Shown piece after piece: positions 49,746-61,623 of a stretch of 64,000 nucleotides of DNA. A model generated the notes under the pieces. It ran no database searches and was not told the origin of the DNA. It worked only from the letters and a program-made list of their open reading frames with translations. Source of the stretch: Heptranchias perlo (Eukaryota). The stretch spans positions 33,604,001 through 33,668,000 of the forward strand of contig NC_090331.1 in the NCBI RefSeq assembly GCF_035084215.1, read 5' to 3'. The position numbers and the translations under genes were made by a program. How positions within the stretch are numbered: position 1 is the stretch's first letter; each line of letters opens with the position of its first letter.

Positions 49746-50264
49746 ATGTACCTACCTTGCGGACCCCCTCAGATGTACATCTTCCAGATGGGGGCCGCCG
49801 TAGCTGCAGTCATGACCTCCTCAGAGGGCGAACAGCATCACCAGCCTCGCCATCCACGCCGTCCACCTCTGACACGTGGAGCTCCACAACAGAGTGCTGC
49901 GACACATCCACCTGTACGGCAGGAGGGAGGGCTACCGCAGAGAGAGATGCGTCGCAGAGGGCACTACCCTCGCCACAGTGTCCACAGACCGAGGCTCAGC
50001 TTCCTGGACCTCTCTGAGCAGCAGTGCACACGGAGGCTCAGAGTCACTCGACATGTAGTCGTGGACATCTGCAGCCTCTTTCATGCCGAGCTGCTCCCGG
50101 CTGGCCCGAGCACCATCTTCTTACCTGTCGCTGTCAAAGTCACCACTGCCCTCAACAACCTCTCCTCCGCATCCTTCCAGGGTGCAACCGGGGACATTGC
50201 CGATGTCTCTCAGTCGTCTGCACAAAAGAGCCCTGCAAATACACCTACACCCACTCTGCAGTGA
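49746..50264 (+). CDS. Truncated Harbinger transposase ORF (N-terminal region only, 172 aa)
   Basis: Paralogue of 32547-33071, with RPRLSFLDLSEQQCTRRLR and LPVAVKVTTALN; no DDE core. Confidence 0.5.
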   Translation: MYLPCGPPQMYIFQMGAAVAAVMTSSEGEQHHQPRHPRRPPLTRGAPQQSAATHPPVRQEGGLPQREMRRRGHYPRHSVHRPRLSFLDLSEQQCTRRLRVTRHVVVDICSLFHAELLPAGPSTIFLPVAVKVTTALNNLSSASFQGATGDIADVSQSSAQKSPANTPTPTLQ

Positions 50265-50496
50265 CACAATGGGTGGCATCAGTTGTGGGTCTTCATGGTG
50301 ATCCTCAGGAAAGGGCATTATTGCACAAACCAGGCAAGATTCGCGAAGACATGGCAGTAGTGGTGCCAATATAATATGTAATGTGAGTTGGTCAGAAATT
50401 CAATATAAGTAACAACCATGACAAACCCTCAAACACCCTTGTGCATCCCCTTCATGCTCACGACACGTTTGCCTTACGCTGCCTACTGCACATATG

Positions 50497-50622
50497 ATGT
50501 GGAGATGCCGGTGATGGACTGGGGTTGATAATTGTAAACAATTTTACAACACCAAGTTATAGTCCAACGATTTTTATTTGAAATCTACAAGCTTTCGGAG
50601 GTTTCCTCCTTCCTCAGGTAAA
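50497..50622 (-). mobile_element. Short Penelope-type insertion (126 bp) with a hammerhead motif
   Basis: Flanked by the direct repeat CTACTGCACATATG (50483-50496 and 50623-50636). The paralogous site at 33293-33306 has a single copy and no insert. Confidence 0.92.
50583..50622 (-). ncRNA. Minimal type I hammerhead ribozyme motif
   Basis: The minus strand reads UUUAC-CUGAGGA-A-GGAG-GAAAC-CUCC-GAAA-GC-UU-GUAGA: intact core, palindromic AAGCUU stem III, and stem I UUUAC/GUAGA. Confidence 0.75.
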
Positions 50623-50926
50623 CTACTGCACATATGTGATGCATGCCCTGTGGCTGCAGCACAGGTAGTGGCAGGTTAGGTGAGGCTGGCCGTGAAAGAG
50701 ATGTATGAGAGGGTGAGTATGAGATAGAGCCATGAGATTGTATGAGGATTGGGTTGAGTGGTAGTGGCGGGATGAGTACTGGCGAGGTGAATAGGTGCAG
50801 GTACGATGAGGTTGAGGTTTGAGTGGGTATGAGGGGTGATGTGACAGAGTAGTGTTGGCAGTGCAGAAGGAGATGTGGGGTGGGGGCGGTGATGTAGCAG
50901 ACGGAGTGTAGGGGAAAGAGTGTTTT

Positions 50927-51172
50927 TTGGCTGACCTACTAAGGTCATTGGAGCACCTCCTGCACTGTATGCAGGTGGGTGATATGTTGGTGGTGCAGGT
51001 GACCTCCTCTGCCACCTCGAGCCAGGCTTTCCTGGTGGCAGAGGCAGGCCGCTTTCTCCCGCCCGCTGGGGGGAAGATCTCTGTCCTCCCCCTCCTCCTC
51101 ACCCCATGTATTGATACCTGGAGTGAGGTATCATTAAACTGGGAGCAGCCTTCCCCCTGGGCTGCTCCATGC
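50927..51172 (-). pseudogene. Harbinger Myb/SANT exon 1 (splice donor lost)
   Basis: QFNDTSLQVSIHGVRRRGRTEIFPPAGGRKRPASATRKAWLEVAEEVTCTTNISPTCIQCRRCSNDLSRSAK. Confidence 0.8.
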
Positions 51173-51714
51173 TGTGATTTTTTCTGTTTGTTGCAGCATC
51201 TGTCAGTGGAGGACTGCCCCTTTAAATAGAGCTCCTCCAGCTGACAGATCTCACTGCGCATGCGCAGCCCGCCCAACGCGCAGATCATCAGTGGGGAACC
51301 CGGAGGAGCAGGTAAGTGAATCCAATTGGGCTACAATCGCGTGGGTGGCTGACTGATTTCACCGGGCGCGTTACCCACGCGCCCGATAGCCCGCCCGCCG
51401 AGAACCCGCAGCCCTGCTAACATCGGGCCCAATACTCCAGTTGAGGCCTAACCAGTGATTTGTAAAGATTTACCATCACTTCCTTGCTTTGTACTCTATG
51501 CCTCTATTTAAAAAGCGAAGGATCCCTTACGCTTTTTTAACAGCCTTGTCAACTTGTTCTGCCACCTTCAAAGATTTGTGTACATGAACCCCCAGGTCTC
51601 TCTTTAAAGTTGTACCATTTCCTTTTTATTGATTTTACTCATTCTTCCTTCCAAAATGCATCTTGATGAAAATGTAACACTGGTCAACAGCTAGTTTCCA
51701 CCAGTTCATTGAAA

Positions 51715-52092
51715 AGTATAAAATTCTGACAGGGCTAGACAGACTGGACGCCGGGAGGATGTTTCCCCTGGCTGGGGGGGTCTAAAATGAGGGGTCACAG
51801 TCTCAGGATACGGAGTAGGACATTTAAGACTGAGATGAGGAGCAATTTCTAAACTCAGAGGGTGGTGAACCTTTGGAATTCTCTACCTCAGAAGGTTGTG
51901 AAGGCCAAGTCACTGAATATATTTAAGAAGTAGATAGATTTCTAGACTCAAAAGGCATCAAGGGGTATGGGGAGAGAGCGGGAATATGGTATTGAGATAG
52001 AGGATCAGCCATGATCATATTGAATGGCAGAGCAAGCTCAAGGGGCTGAATGGCCTACTCCTGTTCCTATTTTCTATTTTTCTATGATTCTA
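51715..52092 (+). mobile_element. CR1 3' fragment
   Basis: YKILTGLDRLDAGRMFPL; same subfamily as 3267-3870. Confidence 0.9.
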
Positions 52093-52235
52093 AGCTGTAA
52101 AAAGTAGGTGAGAAAACCAATTTTCCATGTTTTTTGCAGGGTATTGCAGTTGAAAATATCCTGTTCTGTGTTCCAATGGGACTGGACTAAGCTCACCATA
52201 TACCTCAGCTGTTGCCCTGACCAGCAATCAGTAGA

Positions 52236-53160
52236 AGTTTGCAGATGATACAAAAATTGGCCATGTGGTTGATAGTGAGTGAGAAGGAAAGCTGTAGACT
52301 GCAGGAAGATATCAATCGACTGGTCAAGAGGGCAGAAAAGTGGCAAATGGAATTCAATCCGGAGAAGTGTGAGGTAATGCATTTGGGGTGGTCAAACAAG
52401 GCAAGGGAATACACAATAAATGGGAGGATACTGAGAGGTGTAGAGGAAGAGAAGGACCTTGGAATGCATGTCCACAGATCCCTGAAGGTAGCGGGACAGG
52501 TCGATAAGGTGGTTAAGAAAGCATACGGTATACTTTCTTTTATTAGCCGAGGCATAGAATATAAGAGCAGGGAGGTTATGCTAGAACTGTATCAAACACT
52601 AGTTAGGCCACAGCTTGAGTACTGCGTACAGTTCTGGTCACCACATTACAGGAAAGATGTGATTGCTCTGGAGAGGGTACAGAGGAGATTTACGAGGATG
52701 TTGCCAGAGCTGGAGAATTTTAGCTATGAGGAAAGATTGGATAGGCTGGGATTGTTTTCTTTAGAACAGAGGAGGCTGAGGGGTGATTTACTTGAGGTGT
52801 ATAAAATTATGAGGGGCCTAGATAGAGTGGACAGGAAGGACCTATTTCCTTTGGCAGAGAGGTCAACAACCAGGGGGCATAGATTTAAAGTAATTGGTAG
52901 AAGGATTAAAGGGGAGCTGAGGAAAAGTTTTTTTTAACCCAGAGGTTGGTAGGGGTCTGGAACTCATCCTGAAAGGGTGTTAGAGGCAGAAATCCTCAAC
53001 TCATTTAAAAAGTATTTGGATATGCACTTGAAGTACCATAATCTACGAGGCTGCGGACCAAGTGCTGGAAAGTGGGATTGGGCTGGTTAGCTCTTTTTCG
53101 ATGGGCGCAGACACGATGGGCCGAATGGCCTCCTGCTCCGTAAATTTTACTATGTTTCTA
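52236..53160 (+). mobile_element. CR1 LINE 3' fragment with a 232-aa open RT C-terminus
   Basis: KFADD region, then LQEDINRL..WQMEFNPEKCEVMHLG..LVRPQLEYCVQFWSPHY..RGDLLEVYKIM, and the tail. Confidence 0.95.
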
Positions 53161-55153
53161 TATTTGTAAGTAATTTTGTGGTATTCATCTCTAAGTTAGA
53201 TTTAAAAGCAGATCTGTAGAAATGGAAACCAATGATTTAAGACAGTGCCAGAATGTTTTATTTGTAAAGAAAACTACTTGGATCTGTTTCTTTGATAAAG
53301 TTGGTAAACGTCTTACAAGATGCAGTTTGTGCTACCCAAAAGTCGTAATGGGATATTTGATGTGATTGGTACTTAGCCCTAGAAGTAGCATATCTTTGAA
53401 GTTCTTTGTTACAGATCAGTTCATGACAGACATGAGGTGTGAAATAGCCCAGGGAATCTTTTGAAAGAATTTTATTCAATGAATAATTTTGTGCTCATTT
53501 CTATTAGAAGCCTGCGTCACATGAGGAGCTGGTTAATAGGTGCAAAAATTGTCCTTTGTAATCGACTAGCATGGGATAATTTTTAAGCTATGCATGACGG
53601 GCTTGTCAATAATTACTATAACTACTGTGGCTGTATTTTGAATGATTTATTATAAGTATCATAGCTGAAAGAATTCATACAATACAGAGGCACATTATTA
53701 AGTTACACATTGGAATAATCACTTTGGAAGAGGCAAATGGCAGTTTCAGGTCCACTGGTTCATCACAGACAGTTAGTTAATGTTATGTGACCTTGGACAA
53801 TGGCCTCGCTAAACTGAAAGAAGCAAGTAAGCTGACCAGTTTTCTGTAGTTTATTCAAAACCTAACATTGCATCTTCCTAGAGAAATTGTTCAGAACAAT
53901 CCAGACAAAAATAACCTACAAAACATGTAAAACTATCAGAAAAATGGAAAAAGAAAAACCCATTTTGCTTACAAAGCTTGCTGCTTCCAACAATTGACTA
54001 CAGTCTGTCTTGTAATAGACTCTCCTCAATTTATTTCACCTCTTGTGGAAGGTGAATAACCATAGATAAACATCCAAAAAATTCTCTGATCCCTGAAAGT
54101 AATCAAGTGAGGATGCCAAGATAGCAATCTAACACAATAATCTACATTATTCAGCCCTGACTGCTTGTTCTTACAGATGACATTCCTATTACATTGCCAT
54201 AGTCTCAATAGGACTGAAGCCATAATCTTCTATATAACATCTGATCATTTATACTAATCAGTATAACTGCAATCCTGTTCTGAACTTCAATCAACTGCTT
54301 TTAAGAGTTAATCAGCAAAGCATTAACTGCTTTTAGGAAGTCTATTCCAAAGAGTTCTAGCTCCCAGTTTAATTGAAATAACCTGTGTAGATTCACATGA
54401 TCCACTCCGCTCAGATTTTAAAGACCTGGATCACATTCTCTGTAAATCTCCCTTTCTCCAGTGATGATAAGTTCCATTCTGTGAACCTTTTTTATATCTT
54501 AAAGCCCAAACTCCAGAATCATCCTTTTCACTTCTATGAGTTCTCTCCAGTGCAACATCATCCTTTTGAAGTTAGAATGCTTAAAGTAGAACACTTCTCT
54601 TCGAGTGTTATCACTATGCTGATAATAATATAACTGAATATTTTATATGACTACACTTTCCTGTTCTGGTTTGTTAATAATAAGTATAAACAAGAAAATT
54701 CAGAATTCTAATTCAGTACAGACCCCTGTGGAACTCACTCCCCAGACACATTCTGCTTTTTGTTTCCAAGTTAATTTTCAGTCCTTTAATTGCATAGTCT
54801 ATAAATTACTGTTGGTGATATTAACGGTCCAATATTTAACGCATTTGTATGACATTCTGGTGCCTTTTATTTTAAACACAGAAGTAATGCATCCAGTAAT
54901 AAAATATACCATGGAATATTATACGAATTCAATAAGGGTTTGTTCACTAATATTACCTCGCATATGGAACATTATCACAAGTCTTCTGAAAATCTAACTA
55001 GACTACATTGACTGGCTCACCATTATCTACAAATTTTGTTGCCTCCTCAAAGAATTCCAATAGGTTTGTGAGATAGGAACTATTTATTCTAAATCCTGCT
55101 GACTGTCCATTGTAGCTTCAACGGTCAGTGCTAAAAAATCTCCCGTAAAAAGC

Positions 55154-56972
55154 TTTTTTTTTATTCATTCATGGGATGTGGGCGTCGTTGGCAAGGCCAA
55201 CATGTATTGCCCATTCCTAATTGCCCTTGAGAAGGTGGTGGTAAGCCTCCTTCTTGAACCGCTGCAGTCCATGTGGTGAAGGTTCTCCCACACTGCTGTT
55301 AGGTAGGGAGTTCCAGGATTTTGACCCAGCGACAATTAAGGAATGTCGATATATTTCCAAGTCAGGATGGTGTGTGACTTGGAGGGGAACGTGCAGGTGG
55401 TGCTGTTCCCATGTGCCTGCTGCCCTTGTCCTTCTAGGTGGTAGAGGTCACAGGTTTGGGAGGTGCTGTCGAAGAAGCCTTGGCAAGTTGCTGTAGTGCA
55501 TCTTATAGATGGTACACACTGCAGCCACGGTGCGCCGGTGGTGGAGGGAGTGAATGTTTAAGGTGGTGGATGGGGTGCCAATCAAGGGGCTGCTTTGAGT
55601 TGGATGGTGTCGAGCTTCTTGAGTGTTGTTGGAGCTGCACTCATCCAGACAAGTGGAGAGTATTCCATCACATTCCTGGCTTGTGCCTTGTAGGTGATGG
55701 AAAGGCTTTAGGGAGTCAGGAAGTGAGTCACTTGCTGCAGAATACACAGCCTCTGACCTGCTCTTGTAGCCACAGTATTTATGTGGCTGGTCCAGTTACG
55801 TTCCTGGTCAATGGTGACCCCCAGGATGTTGATGGTGGGGGATTCGGCGATGGTAATGCCGTTGAATGTCAAGGGTAGGTGGTTAGCCTCTCTTTTGTTG
55901 GAGATGGTCATTGCCTGTCACTTGTCTGGCGCGAATGTTACTTGCCACTTATCAGCCCAAGCCTGGATGTTGTCCAAGTCTTGCTGCATGTAGACATGGA
56001 CTGCTGCATTATCTGAGGGGTTGCAAATGGAGCTGAACACTGTGCAATCATCAGCGAACATCCCCACTTCTGACCTTATGACGGAGAGATTGATAAAACA
56101 GCTGAAGATGGTTGGGCCTAGGACTCTGCCCTGAGGAACTCCTGCATCGATGTCCTGAGGCTCAGATGATTGGCCTCCAATAACCACTATCATCTTCCTT
56201 TGTGCTAAATATGACTCCAGCCACTGCAGAGTTTTCCCCCTGATTCCTATTGATTTCAATTTTACTAGGGCTCCTTGATACTACAATTGGTCAAATGCTG
56301 CCTTAATGTCAAGGGTGGTCACTCTCACCTCACCTCTGGAATTCAGCTCTTTTGCTCTTTTGTCCATATTTGAATCAAGGCTGTAATGAGGTCTGGAGCC
56401 AAGAGGTCCTGGCGGAACCCAAACTGAGCATCGGTGAGCAGGTTATTGGTGAGTAAGTGCCACTTGATAGCGCTGTTGACGATACCATCTATCAATTTGC
56501 CGATGATTGAGAGTAGACTGATGGGGCGGTAATTGGCTGGATTGGATTTGTCCTGCTTTTTGTGGACAATACACATCTGGGCAATTTTCCACTTTGTTGG
56601 GTAGATGCCAGTTTTGTAGCTGTACTAGAACAGCTTGGCTGGAGGCGTGGCTAGTTCTGGAGCACACGTCTTCAGCAGCACAGCCGGGATGTTGTCGGGG
56701 CCCATAGCCTTTGCTGTATCCAGCGCACTCAGTTGTTTCTTGATATCATGCGCAGTGAATTGAATTGGCTGAAGACTGGCTTCTGTGACGGTGGGGATCT
56801 CGGGAGGAGACCGAGATGGATCATCCACTTGGCACTTCTGGCTGAAGATGGTTGCAAACGCTTCAGCCTTGTCTTTTGCACTCACGTGCTGGACTCTGCC
56901 ATCATTAAGGATGGGGATGTTCACGAAGCCTCCTCCTCACGTTAGTTGCCTAATTGTCCACCACCGTTCATG
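55154..56972 (-). mobile_element. CR1/L2-group LINE, RT to 3' end, frameshifted
   Basis: KAMGPDNIP, PANYRPISLLS, QFGFRQ, AGVPQGRVLGP, MFADD and WADKWQVTFAP motifs; A-rich tail. Confidence 0.93.
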
Positions 56973-57249
56973 CTAGAGAACATTTTCATACTGATGTAAG
57001 ATTAAGTGGTTTATAATTTCCAGGTTCATATCTTTATCATTAATAAAATATCAGTATACATTACCTATTCACCAGTTTTCAGTTATAGCTTCTTTAGTTC
57101 TTCAGCTTCTAAAAATATTAAATATAGCCTCCCTGATTTCCATTTGATTTTTCTAATCTAGTACAGGTGGCATCAAAAGCTGGAGGATAGCCAAATAATG
57201 GATCAGGCCACTAATGGACTGAAGAGTGCAATTTTATGGTAGGGAACAA

Positions 57250-58950
57250 AAGAATAATCCTTAAAAGTGGTTATTTCAAGATCCAGCAAATTGATGGATG
57301 CCTTTGTATTTACAAAGAAAGGTGAAAGGAAGGGTTGCAGGAATACCAAAGGAAGAAGTAGAGTAACCACTAGGTTCATATAAATATTCAAAAGAAAAAT
57401 ATATTAAAAGAGTCAACGGGACTTAAAGTTGATCAGCCATTAGGCCCAGGTTGTCTACAATCCAGGGAACTGAGAGAGGTTAGTAATAATGTATGCACTA
57501 ATCAGACTTTTCCAAAATTCGGGAGAGTGATGAAAGTTACAATCCTGTTCAAAAAAGGCAAAAGGGCTATGCCAGGAGTTAGCCTCATGTTAGTGGTGGG
57601 GAAACTGCTAGAAATCTTAATGAAGGACAATACTAGTGAACATTTAGAAAGGAATGGGCTAATGTGGGACTGTCAACACGAGTATATAAGAGGCAGTTCA
57701 CGCTTGGCTAATTGAATTGAATTCTTTGAGGAAATTAAAAGGCATATAGACAAGGGAATGTATTAGTTGTGTTGTGTTTGGACATCCAAAATATTTCACG
57801 ATGAGCCATGCAACAGACTTGGGAAGATTAAGTCCCATGGTATTAAAAGTAAAATAGTAATAGGTATGGCTGAAGGATAAAAAGTGGAAGGTAGGAATAA
57901 GTGAAGGTTTCTTGGGTTGGCAAGGTGGAGATTGCAGTGAATTCCAGGTGTCAGTATTGGAATCTCTCAGTTCTCCAAATACATAAATGTATTAATGGAA
58001 ATAGACATAGAGGGATAATATCAATATTTTCTGAAGACGCTAAATGATGACAATCAAATTATGAGGAAGAATGTAATATATTGAGCTTGAAATTGCACTG
58101 AGCGTCAAACGGACATTGTCTTCCGCTCGTAAGTAACTAACTCACCCACAAACTTCTTGTGGGCTTCTGGGCACCAACTTGCTTTAATTGAGAGCTGCAA
58201 GAAATGCAGCGGTCGTTCCCGGGCTTCTCTGAGCTGTGAGAGGAGGAAAGGATCTCTATGTCCCCATCACCAATCATCTTGAAGCAAGCCCTGCTGTGAG
58301 AACCAGGAAGTGAAGCTCATTCACAAACTGTGCAGACTAAGAACCAGGAAGTGTCAGATAAGATTAGTAAATGTACCATAAAATCAGATGGAGAAAGCAA
58401 AATAAAGAGAGGATGAGATAAAAGAGACAGAAAGAAGAAGTAAAAGAAATTTTTTAAATTATTTATTAATTTTTGTAAAAAAGATTTTAAATGTCCAAAA
58501 AATTATTAAAATCGGGAGTAATGAGACGCCACATTTTTAAAAGTTAATTTTCAGTGCCAGGGAGGGTATTTGGCAGTCATTAATACTTACCACGTCATTA
58601 AAAGTTAGTTTAGACCTCATATAACTCAGCATACCTTTTTTTCTGGCGAGATCAGTTAGTTTCCAGCTGAGCAGGAGAGCCAATTCATGATGCTCCATTG
58701 ATTCCTGCCTGTGATATCTCTTTAATGCAAAACTGTCAAATCAGCAGGGAATCAGGAAGAGCATGTTCCAGATTTCCGCCTTTGACTGCACATATGCGGT
58801 CGCCAGAACTTGCTCTTCCATTTGTCCATCAATAGCGGTGAGCGCTGTAAATAAATAAGGGAATATAAGCTAAATGGGAAAACTGTCAATGGTTCAGAGA
58901 ACCAGAGCTTTGCAGCTGGTGTTCTTGAGTCCTGCATACAGCTCTTTTGC
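57250..58950 (+). mobile_element. Very old CR1 RT relic, split by a Harbinger-type element
   Basis: VTILFKKGKR..VGKLLE.., LAN*IEFFEE, VVLCLD and IFSEDAK motifs; the CR1 resumes at about 58850 (REYKLNG). Confidence 0.65.
58083..58848 (+). mobile_element. Non-autonomous Harbinger-type element (right TIR missing)
   Basis: Colinear with 40559-41333 (TTTTCAGTGCCAG, CATTAAAA, GGTGAGCGCTG); starts GAGCTTGAAATTGC. Confidence 0.7.
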
Positions 58951-59246
58951 AGTAGAAACATAGGTCTTTGCTTAACAGTAGCTGCCTACACACCCATCCC
59001 AACAGATGAGCAAACTGAAAGTGATGTTGACACTATCATTACAAGTGCAAACCTTCAGCATACTACAAATGTGCAGCAGGAAATAAGCCAGGTGTGGAGG
59101 AGGAACCATTGCAGGTTTACCACATGGCATTGCAAACATTGCAGCATCACGATGCCCTGCAGTCCTATGAATCAATGCAAGCTGGTCTACAAAGTACAGA
59201 TGTTGTTTGAGAAGTGATGGAACTGAAGGATGATAGACAAAACATA

Positions 59247-59910
59247 AGGTCTGATTTTAACCTGGAATATAAGGTGAGTGTGGAGCCAGCGAGGCGAGCG
59301 GTAACTCTATGGTATGAGGCCCTGGCCATTATAATGCCTGCGAATTGTTACAATGATCTAGGCCTGACTCTCACCCAGACCCTGCGGGAATGAGATGAAG
59401 GCTGGCCAACAGGAGCGTGGCAGGAAACTGCAACCGAGGACCCGCGGGAATGGTCCCCGGAAGTCAAGTAACTGTTTTGGGGAGGCCGGACATGAACTTG
59501 GACAGGGGAGGGGGGATAGCCTAGGGCAGGAGAGGCCCAAAGTTTCCTTGTAGGGCCCAAAGGAGCACTCCTGCTTCTCCTGGCCCACAAGGAAACCTGA
59601 AAAAATGTAATTAACTTACCTTCTTGGCCCTCTTCTGGGCCTGTTACTGCGTGGCGCCAAGTTTCCCTGGCATAGACAGTGCCAAATGCATGACTGTACG
59701 ATAAAATCTCGTTGGGGTCTGAATGACATCAGCACACCTTGACTTTTGCATTCCAATGAGGGTGTCATCTACCTGGGGCGAGGACCTCCCACACTGCCCT
59801 AAACTCACCTGTTAAAATGTAGCAGGTGCAAGTGTGACATGGACAAAGTGAGTACCACACTGTCGATATTTTAACCCCTTGCTTGGGCCATGGAGGGTTA
59901 AAATCGGCCC
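59247..59910 (-). mobile_element. Non-autonomous Harbinger-type element
   Basis: TIRs GGTCTGATTTTAACC / GGTTAAAATCGGCCC. The core is the reverse complement of 20810-20920. Confidence 0.8.
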
Positions 59911-60171
59911 TATAGGCACTTCAGTTTTGCAACAAGCGCAGGCGTGAACCCTTATCTATACTGAAGACTGATGAAGAATGAGTTACTTATATCATCCAAA
60001 CTTCAAGTGAATATCACAGACAGAAAAGAAACTGAGAGAAAGTTGAAATGTGAGACAGACAAGGAGCGTGGGAGGAAAAGAAAGACAAGGAGGTTGTGAA
60101 TATGAGTGAGAGGTAGGAAGATGGGAGAATTGAGAGAGAGAGAGACAAAAAGGGAGGAAATTAGAGACAAG

Positions 60172-60575
60172 TTTAGAGCAGAGAAGGTTGAGAGGAGATT
60201 TGCTAGAAGTGTTCAAAATCATGAAGGGTTTAGATAAAGTGAATAAAATGCAATTGTTCCATTGGCGGAAGGGTCGAGAACCAGAGGACACAGATTTAAA
60301 GTGATTGGCAAAAGAACCAAAGGCGACATGAGGAAAACTATTTTACGCAGCGAGTGGTTATGATCTGGAATGCGCTGCCTAAAAGGGTGATAGAAGCAGA
60401 TTCAATCATGGCTTTCAAATAGGAATTGGATAAATACTTGAAAGGAAGAAATATGCAGGACTATGGGGCAAGACAGGCATAATGGGACTAACCGGATTGC
60501 TCTTACAAACAGCCGGCACAGGCTCACAGGGCTGAATGGCCTCCTTCTGTGCTGTAATCATTCTATGATTCTATG
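60172..60575 (+). mobile_element. CR1 3' fragment within GA-rich low-complexity sequence
   Basis: LEQRRLRGDLLEVFKIMKG; tail CATTCTATGATTCTATG. Confidence 0.92.
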
Positions 60576-60638
60576 AAGGAGAAAGGGAGAGACAAACAAA
60601 AACAGAAGGAATGAGAGTGAGAGAGATAGAGATCATTT

Positions 60639-60681
60639 GTGATTACTTGGACTTCAAAGGTATTGAAGTCCAAGTAATCAC
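60639..60681. repeat. Perfect inverted repeat (19-bp stem, 5-nt loop)
   Basis: GTGATTACTTGGACTTCAA-AGGTA-TTGAAGTCCAAGTAATCAC. Confidence 0.95.
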
Positions 60682-61623
60682 TCAGTTGCTCAACAAGCCC
60701 AGGAAGGAATCCTCCATGACAAGGAGTCAGGGACTGAATTAGAGCTTCAGGGACACAGTCTATGAGAGAGAAAAACAGAGGGGATGAGAGAAAAAGAAAA
60801 TTAGCGTGGGAATGAGACAGACACAGAGAAAGTGAATGAGACTAACAGGGAAAGAGGGAATAAAAGAAAGTGAATAAGCAGCATCTCAAAGGACCATTTT
60901 TCTTTTATTTATAGAATGTTGTGCAGTTCTAATCTCGCCCCATTTGACAGGCAAGTTCATGTTGAGGTGACTTGGCTGACATTGAATCTGATTGTGTGAA
61001 CATAAGATTAAGAGTTCATCTTCAAGTGCAAGTGAATGGGTAGTTACAATCAGTGAGCCTGTGTGAGTACCATGACCGACTGTATTCAAATATGGGTTAT
61101 AGCATGTAATTTTTGACAACAACACAGAAAGACCCGCATTTATTTGTTCTTTATGTAGTATGTTTTGTTTTCCAGTGCAAAATTGTTACAATAACATTTA
61201 GTGCTAACTTTATTGAATAACTGACAATAAACCTCATCACAGCTGCACTCTTGTCAGGTGTAGATTCATGCTGTGGTGTTTGCCAGAAATACATGATCCA
61301 TCCTTGACTCAACCCCGATCCAATGGATCCAGATCCAAACCACTGAAGCTATTGGGTCAAAGCAGACAGGGTTCAGATCTTCATTTCCTATTTTCTAAGT
61401 TATGTTCTCCTCATTCTCCTGTACCTCTGCTGAAACTGTTTTTTTAACTAGCCTTCAGGAAGTCCGTAAGAACACATTTTACTATTGGTTTTCAAAATTA
61501 AACCTTGCTTTATTCTTTTTAGAAAGCAATTGTTTTAATTAGTAACAAAAAAATAACAACTTGTTCCTGTGGCTGTGCAATCTTAAAGGCTTAAGCCATC
61601 AGAAAACAAATAGGACAATACAT

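Larger units (their letters stand above)
49245..51430 (+). mobile_element. Internally deleted Harbinger element, copy B
   Basis: TIRs GGGCAGCATTTTAGCA / TGCTAACATCGGGCCC with TSD AAT. Same internal deletion junction as 32060-34107. Confidence 0.93.
49001..51665 (-). mobile_element. Deleted CR1 3' fragment split by Harbinger copy B (CR1 parts 49001-49244 and 51431-51665)
   Basis: GAATTGGACACAAT | AATACTCCAGTTG rejoins to the CR1 sequence seen at 9855-9876. Confidence 0.85.

Noticed and set aside
59968-59995. CTGATGAAG as a hammerhead or snoRNA box
   Set aside because: No stem II-GAAA follows and there is no supporting terminal stem.
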